Below are positions 41,268-49,480 of a stretch of DNA of 64,000 nucleotides, in pieces. The DNA is from an uncultured bacterium. GTDB taxonomy: Bacteria; Babelota; Babeliae; Babelales; Vermiphilaceae. Position numbers and translations under genes: made by a program. The stretch covers positions 96,001 to 160,000 of the forward strand of contig OY969699.1 in assembly GCA_963702025.1 (NCBI GenBank), written 5' to 3'. How positions within the stretch are numbered: position 1 is the first letter of the stretch; each line of letters begins with the position of its first letter. The notes beneath the pieces are model-generated. The model was given only the letters and a program-made list of their open reading frames with translations. It ran no database searches and was not told where the DNA came from.

Positions 41268-42116
41268 TTAGAAGCTATATCTGATTGCCGCAGTTACCGG
41301 AAAGCGAAGCTCGTTGCCAACGCTACCTACAACCAATTGCGTAATGAGAAGTCCAGTTGCCACGGTAGCCACAGGACCAACAGATCTTGGACCACATGAG
41401 CCAACTACTTCACCAGTTACTACAAATGACCAGTTGCCACAGAAGCAAATATCAAAACCAACGTTAGCGCCGCCGCTGATTACCGTATTGCTACGATATA
41501 CATTTTGGTCTGTGAACGGGGTGGTGTTACCGCTAGCAAAATTGAAATCATAGTTCAATCTTTTGTGATGTGTTAAACCAACTTTACCACCAAGGAAGAA
41601 GGAAACACGATCACACCAGCGATCCCAATAGTAACGAGCACCGGCATATGCATCAAATAATTTATATTTTCTTGCATCACCAAAAGTGAATGTTGAGCCA
41701 TCTTCAGCTAAGATTCCGACATTATTTTTGTGATTTGCTTGTGAGTAGTTAAACTCTAAATACACACGAGTGTTGTCTGACATCGCATAACCAACTTGAC
41801 CACCAACGATCCATGGAATTCTGTATAAGTGGCTGAATTTTGGTGTTTCAAAATAGCTAATCAATGGAGTGGATGCTGAGCAATTCAACGCTAACCAATT
41901 GCCTCTATTGCGCCAGAGAATTGGGTTTACGCCACCTTGCACTTGCAAGTCCCATGCGCCGCAATACAACGGATTGCATCCGCATTCGTAGCACGAAGAT
42001 TCACAACATTGTGAATCACGAGATCCCCCATCATCCTGCCATGCATTCGCCTTGCTACCTAGCAAAGACAAAAGCAGAATAAGTGAGAGATGTTTTGCAG
42101 TAAGAAGTTTTTTCAT
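41268..42116 (-). CDS. Cys-rich outer-membrane beta-barrel protein, family A paralog 4
   Basis: Closest to paralog 2; ends RYSF. Confidence 0.82.
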   Translation of the reverse strand: MKKLLTAKHLSLILLLSLLGSKANAWQDDGGSRDSQCCESSCYECGCNPLYCGAWDLQVQGGVNPILWRNRGNWLALNCSASTPLISYFETPKFSHLYRIPWIVGGQVGYAMSDNTRVYLEFNYSQANHKNNVGILAEDGSTFTFGDARKYKLFDAYAGARYYWDRWCDRVSFFLGGKVGLTHHKRLNYDFNFASGNTTPFTDQNVYRSNTVISGGANVGFDICFCGNWSFVVTGEVVGSCGPRSVGPVATVATGLLITQLVVGSVGNELRFPVTAAIRYSF

Positions 42117-42158
42117 ATTTACCCTTTTTTTTAAAGTGTTAATACTGCAACCGACTAT

Positions 42159-42188
42159 AGATTACTCCGAAGAATAAAAAAAAATCAA
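42159..42188 (-). promoter_or_regulatory. Promoter of OMP paralog 4 with T9 tract
   Basis: TTGATT-N18-TAATCT; leader GGTTGCAGTAT shared with paralog 2. Confidence 0.6.
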
Positions 42189-42198
42189 GAGTCAAATT

Positions 42199-42241
42199 AA
42201 AAAAAAGTAACCCAGATGCTGTTCTTGCCAACATCTGGGTT
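42199..42241 (-). terminator. Terminator after OMP paralog 5
   Basis: AACCCAGATG-loop-CATCTGGGTT followed by T8. Confidence 0.7.
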
Positions 42242-42264
42242 GTAACAAATACTTTATTTACGCA

Positions 42265-43173
42265 TTAAAAGCTGTATTTCAAGCCTGCGGTAATTGGGAA
42301 GAAAACTTCCGTGCCGATCCGGCCGACAACTAAATTGGTCGGTGAGAAATTTGGCAGAATACTCGCACAAGGATTTAAGTTGCCAATATCTGAATTTGAA
42401 CGCGGTCCACACGTAGCAACCGCTTCAGCGGTAAATACAACTGAAAAATTACAGCCCAAGCACCATTCAAATCCGATATTTGCGCCGCCCGCTACTGAAT
42501 TACTTTTATAGAAGAATGGAACACAATTTAATACAAGCGGAGTTTGTATTGTGCATTTCGTGGATGCTATGTTAATACGCGCATTCGTTTCTTTTCTATG
42601 CAAGAATCCGAATTTGCCGCCAAAGAAAAATGCAAAATCATTGCAACCACAATTTATTTCCCAATAATAGCGTGCACCCAAATACACATCATAAACTTTA
42701 TAGCGACTCGGATGTATATTCACCGTTACAACATCATTTGGTGTTGCCGCAACGCCAAGTAAAGTGAAATTACGGCCCGAGGCTTGTCGGTAATTAAATT
42801 CAATATATGTTTCAAAATCATTCGTTATAGCATAACCAATGTGGCCGCCAACGTACCAAGGGGTCTTGAACAACTTTTTAAATCGAGGCATTTTGAATAA
42901 AGGAATAATTGATTGATTAAAATTAGGAATACTCAGTGCGTTACATGAAATCGCTGAAAAAATTCCGCGATCTGTCCATATAGTAGGGGCTACGCCACCC
43001 TGAATCTGAAAATCAATGGCTCCACAGTTTAACGGATTGCCACAGTCATATGCTTGATCACAGCACTGCTCTTCAGGGCAACAATCATCAGAACTTCTAC
43101 CGAAGGTAAAATAGCTACAACTCGCTAAATAACAGAGTAAAAAAAGACTTTTACGACTCAAAACGTTTCTCAT
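42265..43173 (-). CDS. Cys-rich outer-membrane beta-barrel protein, family A paralog 5
   Basis: CCPEEQCC..YDCGNPLNCG; ends KYSF. Confidence 0.8.
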   Translation of the reverse strand: MRNVLSRKSLFLLCYLASCSYFTFGRSSDDCCPEEQCCDQAYDCGNPLNCGAIDFQIQGGVAPTIWTDRGIFSAISCNALSIPNFNQSIIPLFKMPRFKKLFKTPWYVGGHIGYAITNDFETYIEFNYRQASGRNFTLLGVAATPNDVVTVNIHPSRYKVYDVYLGARYYWEINCGCNDFAFFFGGKFGFLHRKETNARINIASTKCTIQTPLVLNCVPFFYKSNSVAGGANIGFEWCLGCNFSVVFTAEAVATCGPRSNSDIGNLNPCASILPNFSPTNLVVGRIGTEVFFPITAGLKYSF

Positions 43174-43211
43174 TGGCAATCCTTTTTTTGAAAACAATAT
43201 TCAACAAAATT

Positions 43212-43241
43212 AGCCTAGGCATAAAAATATGAAATTTGCAA
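43212..43241 (-). promoter_or_regulatory. Promoter of OMP paralog 5
   Basis: TTGCAA-N18-TAGGCT. Confidence 0.55.
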
Positions 43242-43303
43242 GATCTTGAAAATTTGCATTAAAAAATTATATTTAAATCCCGCCGTAAAAGGGAAGAATT
43301 TTT

Positions 43304-44035
43304 TCATTTTTTTCGATACCAATGCCACCGCAATGCAAAAAGGGTCCGTATCATGGCAAAACCGGCACTAAAAGTTTGCAACTTACTCCCTTCTTGATCA
43401 TTCCACACCGTTGGAAATTCTTTAATGGTAAAACCAAATTTTTTGCATAGAGAGAGCAACTCAATATCAAATGCCCATTGTTTCACTGATAAATAAGGAA
43501 CAATTCTTTCAACCACTTTTCTTTTAAACAATTTTGCACCGCACTGCGTATCATCATAAGTGAGCCCAAATAAAATTCTCACCAAACTCCCAAAAAAGAG
43601 TTTGCTTCCCCATCGTTTAATAAAAGGACGGGGTGGCGTCACCACGGCACCCAGCATGTAGCGGCTGGCAATAATGCCGTCATAACCATTTATATGTGAT
43701 ATTAAATCATAAAATGCCCGGGGTGATGTTGCCATATCAGCATCTACAAAACCTATAAGATCGTTGGGCCGCGTCAGCGCATCAGCAAAACCAACGTTAA
43801 CTGCAAGCCCCTTGCCGCCTTCTTTGATCTCTTGCGACAACAAGTATGGCATCTCTTTTTGCAAATCAGCTACAATTGCCGGCGTTGTATCCCGAGTTCC
43901 ATTAATTACCACGAGAATTTCATATTCTAGGTTTTCGGCAATTTTTTTATCGGAGAAAAACTGATTATACGCTTTGAGGGTAGCTTTGATACGCTTTTCC
44001 TCGTTATAGGCAGGAATTACTATGCAAACTTTCAT
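43304..44035 (-). CDS. GT2 glycosyltransferase (dolichyl/polyprenyl-phosphate glucosyltransferase-like)
   Basis: VIPAYNEEKRI, GKG.AV..G, FVDAD, DTQCGAKLF, WAFDIELL. Confidence 0.92.
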   Translation of the reverse strand: MKVCIVIPAYNEEKRIKATLKAYNQFFSDKKIAENLEYEILVVINGTRDTTPAIVADLQKEMPYLLSQEIKEGGKGLAVNVGFADALTRPNDLIGFVDADMATSPRAFYDLISHINGYDGIIASRYMLGAVVTPPRPFIKRWGSKLFFGSLVRILFGLTYDDTQCGAKLFKRKVVERIVPYLSVKQWAFDIELLSLCKKFGFTIKEFPTVWNDQEGSKLQTFSAGFAMIRTLFALRWHWYRKK

Positions 44036-44113
44036 ATAAACTCATTCCTTTTTGGCATTACTTTCTTTTTTTATTCAATCCAATCTTTATTTTGATAAAA
44101 AAATGAGTAATAT

Positions 44114-44372
44114 TAACGCAAACTCGAGCTAAAAAACTAGAGATACAATTGAAAGGCTGCTCGTGGTGAGTGATTGCGAAGCAATCGTATCGAACCATGC
44201 GGCCTAAAAATCATAAGATATTATGAATTACTTTTATATATTTTAAAAGGATGCCCTTATTAAAAATGATTGAAACCCTCTGATAAGCCCGCATGGTTCG
44301 ATACGCAGCCTGCGGCTGCACTCACCACGAGCGGGCTTTATGATTAACTTTCACAATTCTTAGCTCGAATTA
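44114..44372. mobile_element. MITE/REPIN-like element with nested inverted repeats
   Basis: 44-bp inverted arms at 44159-44202 and 44289-44332; outer TCGAGCTAA/TTAGCTCGA arms; GAGTAATAT direct repeat at 44105 and 44373. Confidence 0.7.
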
Positions 44373-44404
44373 GAGTAATATGAATATACTTAATTTAAAA
44401 GATC

Positions 44405-45082
44405 ATGATACAAATAACCTCAAGAGAAATCCTTTTCGCTCTTCTCAAAAAGCATCTTCCAGAAGATCCCATAATTATTGAAGCGGGTTCATTCAATGGT
44501 AAAGATACCCTGCGCTTGGCCGCTTTTTGGCCCACATCAATAATTCACGCATTCGAACCGGTGCCAGAAATCTTTGATGAATTGGTGCGCACTACCCGTT
44601 TAAATAACAATATCATTAGATATCCGGTAGCACTCAGTGATACAAATGGTGAAAAAGCCTTTTTTGTTGCAGAACATCCCAAAAGACCGGGAAAAATATG
44701 CCAGGCAGGGAGTCTACTCAAACCAAAAGATCGATTAAACGTTTCGCCTATAACTTATCCCAAAACCATGCTAGTAAAAACATTAACTCTTGATACCTGG
44801 GCTAAGCAGTATGGAGTTGATCATGTCGATTTTATCTGGCTCGATTTACAAGGGCATGAATTGGCAGTTTTGAAAAACGGACATCATACTTTATCAACAA
44901 CAAAAGCTCTCTATCTTGAAGTGAATTTTATTGAAGCCTATGAAAATCAAACAAATTATCTTCAATGTACTGATTGGTTATATCAAAACAACTTTATTCC
45001 CGTTGCAAAAGATTTCATCGATGAAAACAAGTGGTTTTTTGGCAATATTTTATGGATAAATACTCAACTTCTGTACAAATGA
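44405..45082 (+). CDS. FkbM family methyltransferase
   Basis: IIEAGS..G, HAFEP.P, ALSD, TLDTW, DFIWLDLQGHEL.VL, YLEV. Confidence 0.9.
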   Translation: MIQITSREILFALLKKHLPEDPIIIEAGSFNGKDTLRLAAFWPTSIIHAFEPVPEIFDELVRTTRLNNNIIRYPVALSDTNGEKAFFVAEHPKRPGKICQAGSLLKPKDRLNVSPITYPKTMLVKTLTLDTWAKQYGVDHVDFIWLDLQGHELAVLKNGHHTLSTTKALYLEVNFIEAYENQTNYLQCTDWLYQNNFIPVAKDFIDENKWFFGNILWINTQLLYK

Positions 45083-45151
45083 AGCACCCAACCGCTCAAA
45101 AGCAGTTGTATCGCATTGGTATTCCGCAAAGAAAAAAAGCTTCATTCCTTA

Positions 45152-45340
45152 TCGCCGTTCGTTTCCCAGCCTTCGCTAATTCCGTTCGTGCTGACCTCTC
45201 GACTACGCTCAAGACTAAAGGCCCTTAGCTTCCTGTGCCCGGCGTCCTTCGACAAGCTCAGGATGAGCGGAAGGATGCGTTTACTCCCGAGTGAAAGTCG
45301 AGGGACTTGGCGAAGACGGGTCGAAGGATCGAAACGAGCA
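45152..45340. repeat. Composite nested REP-like palindromic element (copy 1)
   Basis: GC-rich; nested arms CGTTCGTTTC/GAAACGAGC, CTTCGCTAA/TTGGCGAAG, CTCTCGACT..CTC/GAG..AGTCGAGGG; contains CTTCGACAAGCTCAGGATGAGCGG. Confidence 0.75.
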
Positions 45341-45439
45341 ATAATAATTTTCGGATAAGTTTTTCCTGCCAGAACGTGCATAAATACACGAAAAAACTCA
45401 TTTTTTTGTTTTTTTTGTTGCATCCATTATCCAAAATCT

Positions 45440-45474
45440 TGTATATACATAGTATCTGAAATTTTGTATATACA
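45440..45474. promoter_or_regulatory. Twin palindromic operator TGTATATACA (repeated in unit 2 at 49231-49265)
   Basis: Perfect 10-bp palindromes at 45440 and 45465. Confidence 0.55.
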
Positions 45475-45548
45475 TTTTATATGATTAATTTTTAAAAAAA
45501 GAATGGTAATGGATCAACAAAATGAATAAAAACATAAACGATAGGAGC

Positions 45549-45570
45549 CACACACACACACACACACACA
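45549..45570 (+). repeat. (CA)11 microsatellite
   Basis: Direct count. Confidence 0.95.
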
Positions 45571-45695
45571 AAGGCTTTTTCAATGTCCCATAATCTCTAT
45601 AAACACTATAATACCACTTGTTTTGATATTATCTGCGACCAACAACTACTACTACTCATTAATTATTTTTCTAACCTCATAAAAAAGGATTGTAT

Positions 45696-47150
45696 ATGAA
45701 TATACAATGTAGGTTTTTAATAAAACCTTTTTCTCTTTCGCTGTTATTGATTGCATCAAGTTATGCCGATGAAATTGATTTACGTGCAGTAGATCAATTT
45801 AGAAAGTGCCAGAAGGATAACTGTTCAAGAGTTGCACTAAGCGCTCAGCTCACGTTTGGTAGTAATTATCCTTCAGCACAAACCTTTCCATCTATTTCAG
45901 CAACCGGAGACCAAGTATATGTGGTATATAATAATAATGGACTTTATACCCCTACATTACTTGCTGCACAACTATTTGATAATGTTAACGGACAATTAGT
46001 TTCTGCGCAAACACTCCTGTGTGACCCAAACTATCCCAATCCATGGATGGGGTTCGCATCAGCAGATTTTAGCCTATTTTCTGTCCTTGATGGTAGTCTC
46101 GGGACAACATCGCTTCCGGCACGAATTCGTATTCTTGATTCAAACTTTAATCAAGTAGGTCAACGGATTTTTTCATCTTATCAAGGCGACTTTTTGGGTG
46201 TGAATCCTGCTGGTGGATTTTTTGCGGGTGGATCATTTTCAGAAGATAACCATTATGTTGTGATATCTACCAGTATTTCTAATACGCCTCCAAACGCACA
46301 AAGTATGTTAGTGGTAATGGATGCTACTAATCCTTCACTTCCCACTGTAGCGCAAACTGTAATCACCGGATTTCCAGTTTTTTTCGGCCCATATCTGTTT
46401 ACTCTGACTGATAACAATGGCAATAAGAATCTGTATATTCAATATACTGTCTCCAATGGGACACCCACGCGAAATTTTATCCTATTCAATTTTTATGAAC
46501 CACCCTTTTATAGCCAAGTGTATCAAGTTAATCTGACTGCGGGCACCATTACTTTAGTTGCTCAACAGCCATTGCCTAAATTTGCTGGACCCGCTGTCCA
46601 AGTACGCGCTGGCGGCAAAGACGCACTCATTTGCCATGGCGGGTACTGCGCCCTAAACCCGAGTGCACCATCTTTTTATGCTAATCCTATTCCTTTTCAA
46701 GAATCAGTTTTACCCGGTGATTACGCCGAATCACGCGTATTTCTCTTTAATGGCACTGCCTTAAACTTAGTGGTTAAGGAAGCGGTAAATTGCTGTAATC
46801 GAACTCTCCCTTATCCCCCAAGCAATGGCTGCTCATATCTGATTGGGCAAAATCAAGATCTTCTAGTAGCGGGTTTCCCAAATGTAACCTCAGATAATCA
46901 GGAATTTTGGTGCTTTGCTGATCTTCGCCAAGGTCCAAATGGGCTTGAGTTCCGAGGAGTTAATTTGCCTAACCAAGATATGATAACCGCCATTTCAGTA
47001 TTCAGCCAAGATGGCAATTGGCTCTTTCGTGCAGGATACTTTGGATATGGCAATCAAAATCCAGAAACACCATTTGATGATATATATGGCCTTAACAATC
47101 TCTTGCTCTTTAAAGTATACTCAGCACCATACACCCCAATTTGTAACTAA
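45696..47150 (+). CDS. Secreted beta-propeller-like protein, allele A
   Basis: Signal peptide ending SYA; blade-like motifs SISATGDQVYV, FSEDNHYVVI, FSQDGNWLF. Confidence 0.75.
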   Translation: MNIQCRFLIKPFSLSLLLIASSYADEIDLRAVDQFRKCQKDNCSRVALSAQLTFGSNYPSAQTFPSISATGDQVYVVYNNNGLYTPTLLAAQLFDNVNGQLVSAQTLLCDPNYPNPWMGFASADFSLFSVLDGSLGTTSLPARIRILDSNFNQVGQRIFSSYQGDFLGVNPAGGFFAGGSFSEDNHYVVISTSISNTPPNAQSMLVVMDATNPSLPTVAQTVITGFPVFFGPYLFTLTDNNGNKNLYIQYTVSNGTPTRNFILFNFYEPPFYSQVYQVNLTAGTITLVAQQPLPKFAGPAVQVRAGGKDALICHGGYCALNPSAPSFYANPIPFQESVLPGDYAESRVFLFNGTALNLVVKEAVNCCNRTLPYPPSNGCSYLIGQNQDLLVAGFPNVTSDNQEFWCFADLRQGPNGLEFRGVNLPNQDMITAISVFSQDGNWLFRAGYFGYGNQNPETPFDDIYGLNNLLLFKVYSAPYTPICN

Positions 47151-47207
47151 TAAAAAATAATTGATACCTGGCGCCTGAAAAAGGCGCCAATTTAATCAGG
47201 AGATTAT

Positions 47208-48056
47208 ATGAAATCGTTAAATCTACGTTATCTATTTTTGACACTTGCTCTTGCTTCATTCGGCTCAGCACAGGCAGATTATGATGATGGTCGCAATGCA
47301 GATTGTTGCAAAATAGATAATTGCTATGAATGTGGATGCAATCCACTCTATAGTTGCGCGTGGGATATTGCAGTGCAAGCGGGCGTTTGCCCAATCAGAT
47401 GGACAGGTCGCGGCCACTGGAGTGTGCTTGAAAATGGTGCCGATGTTAATCTTTTCAGAACACCAAATTTTAGCCACTTGTATCGCCTTCCTTGGATAGT
47501 TGGCGGCCAAGTTGGCTACGCTTGGAGCGATAACGTTCGTCTTTATTTAGAATTTGATTATTTGCAAGCAAGCCGTAAAAACCGTAACAACGCTTTTAAT
47601 GAATCTGCTTCATCAACAGTGCTTGATATTTGCGTTGGAAAATATAAAGCATTTGAATTTTATGTTGGTGGTCGATATTACTTTGATCGTTGGTGCGATC
47701 GTTATTCGTTCTTCTTAGGCGGTAAAATTGGGTTAATTAGTCATCGTAAAGTTCATTTTACGGGCACAATAACTTACAACTCATATATTTTGGCACCGTC
47801 ATTAGTAGATACTGAAACACCCCTCTTTAGAAGCAAAACGCAGGTGAGCGGCGGCGTTAATGGTGGCATTGATATCTGCTTTGGTGGTAATTGGTCCTTT
47901 GTGATTACTGGTGAAGTAGTGGCCAATAGAGGGCCTCGTGGTCACTCAATTCCGTTAACGGGAAATCCTTTAGTTACTGCAACGAGCCTTTCAATCGGCA
48001 AAGCAGGCACGGAATTGCTTTTTCCAGTTACCGCCGGCATCAGATATAGCTTTTAA
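47208..48056 (+). CDS. Cys-rich outer-membrane beta-barrel protein, family A paralog 6
   Basis: AGGAG SD; CYECGCNPLYSCAWD; ends RYSF. Confidence 0.82.
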   Translation: MKSLNLRYLFLTLALASFGSAQADYDDGRNADCCKIDNCYECGCNPLYSCAWDIAVQAGVCPIRWTGRGHWSVLENGADVNLFRTPNFSHLYRLPWIVGGQVGYAWSDNVRLYLEFDYLQASRKNRNNAFNESASSTVLDICVGKYKAFEFYVGGRYYFDRWCDRYSFFLGGKIGLISHRKVHFTGTITYNSYILAPSLVDTETPLFRSKTQVSGGVNGGIDICFGGNWSFVITGEVVANRGPRGHSIPLTGNPLVTATSLSIGKAGTELLFPVTAGIRYSF

Positions 48057-48078
48057 AAATATGCTGGTTTAAAGGTAA

Positions 48079-48129
48079 ATTAATCCGTTGATTGATACTC
48101 TTGTAGCATCTTACGGCAACCGCAATTGA
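48079..48129 (+). pseudogene. 3'-terminal remnant of a GMC oxidoreductase gene (copy 1)
   Basis: Translates INPLIDTLVASYGNRN* versus INPLVDALVASYGSGS* at the end of 61612..63921; the following 3' UTR also matches. Confidence 0.85.
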
Positions 48130-48153
48130 ACGTAATTTCATTTTTATTATCCC

Positions 48154-48184
48154 AAAAAAGGCCTTGTTAACAACAAGGCCTTTT
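48154..48184 (+). terminator. Terminator
   Basis: AAAAGGCCTTGTT-AACAAGGCCTTTT. Confidence 0.8.
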
Positions 48185-48272
48185 GATTTATAAAAGTGCA
48201 GAACTTTTCTTTACTTTTTTTCCAAATAATCCTAGTATCCCTTCATTCAGGAGTAAAGAAAAAGGGTGTGAT

Positions 48273-49019
48273 ATGGATCATGCATATTACATGAAAAAAG
48301 TTTTTGAGCTTGCCAAACAAGGAATCGGGTTAGTGAGCCCTAATCCACTTGTTGGTTCGCTGATCGTTAAAGATAGCCAAATAATTGGTGCAGGATTTCA
48401 TGAGCGATATGGTCAATTTCATGCAGAGTTGAATGCAATTGTATCTGCAAAGCAACCACTAAAAGGTGCAACCCTTTATTGCAATCTTGAGCCCTGTTGC
48501 CATACTAATAAGCAAACGCCACCGTGCGCGCAACGTATAATTAAAGAAGGCATTTCACGAGTGGTGATTGCCAATAGAGATCCCAATCCAGAAGTAAATG
48601 GCGGAGGCATCGCCCTGCTCAAACAAATGGGCATAGAAGTGATCGAGAATATTTGCCAGGAGGAAGGGGAATTGCTCAATGAAGTTTTTTTTACTTTTCA
48701 CCGCAAAAAAAGACCATTTATTCATCTTAAATATGCACAGACTCTAGATGGTAATATTGCCTGCTCAAGTGGTGATTCAAAGTGGATCACTCATGAAAAT
48801 GCGCGCAAAAAAGCACATGAGATGCGATTAAAATATGATGCAATTTTGATCGGTGCGGGAACTTTAGTTGCCGATAATCCTGCGCTTACTATCCGCTTTA
48901 TTGAATCAGAAAAAAAATGCCCGAAAAAAGCTTCATTCCTTATCGCCGTTCGTTTCCCAGCCTTCGCTAATTCCGTTCGTGCTGACCTCTCGACTACGCT
49001 CAAGACTAAAGGCCCTTAG
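48273..49019 (+). pseudogene. ribD: Truncated ribD copy (deaminase domain intact, reductase cut at 48923, runs into the repeat)
   Basis: Same as the full copy up to KKCP, then unrelated KKASFL... tail. Confidence 0.9.
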
Positions 49020-49131
49020 CTTCCTGTGCCCGGCGTCCTTCGACAAGCTCAGGATGAGCGGAAGGATGCGTTTACTCCCGAGTGAAAGTCGAGGGACTTG
49101 GCGAAGACGGGTCGAAGGATCGAAACGAGCA
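48943..49131. repeat. Composite nested REP-like element (copy 2)
   Basis: Same sequence as 45152..45340. Confidence 0.75.
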
Positions 49132-49339
49132 ATAATAATTTTCGGATAAGTTTTTCCTGCCAGAACGTGCATAAATACACGAAAAAACTCATTTTTTTGT
49201 TTTTTTTGTTGCATCCATTATCCAAAATCTTGTATATACATAGTATCTGAAATTTTGTATATACATTTTATATGATTAATTTTTAAAAAAAGAATGGTAA
49301 TGGATCAACAAAATGAATAAAAACATAAACGATAGGAGC

Positions 49340-49355
49340 CACACACACACACACA
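49340..49355 (+). repeat. (CA)8 microsatellite
   Basis: Direct count. Confidence 0.95.
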
Positions 49356-49480
49356 AAGGCTTTTTCAATGTCCCATAATCTCTATAAACACTATAATACC
49401 ACTTGTTTTGATATTATCTGCGACCAACAACTACTACTACTCATTAATTATTTTTCTAACCTCATAAAAAAGGATTGTAT

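Larger units (their letters stand above)
45133..48923 (+). repeat. Tandem duplication unit 1 (3791 bp)
   Basis: Matches 48924..52701; starts AAAAAAGCTTCATTCC, ends AAATGCCCG. Confidence 0.95.

Noticed and set aside
36932..45340. CRISPR array or tRNA among the palindromic repeats
   Set aside because: No regularly spaced direct repeats with unique spacers, no cas genes and no cloverleaf consensus
45031..45423. ORFs 45031..45228, 45116..45358, 45142..45423 and their copies near 48868-49214
   Set aside because: They are translations of the palindromic repeat element (e.g. SFDKLRMSG), not credible genes
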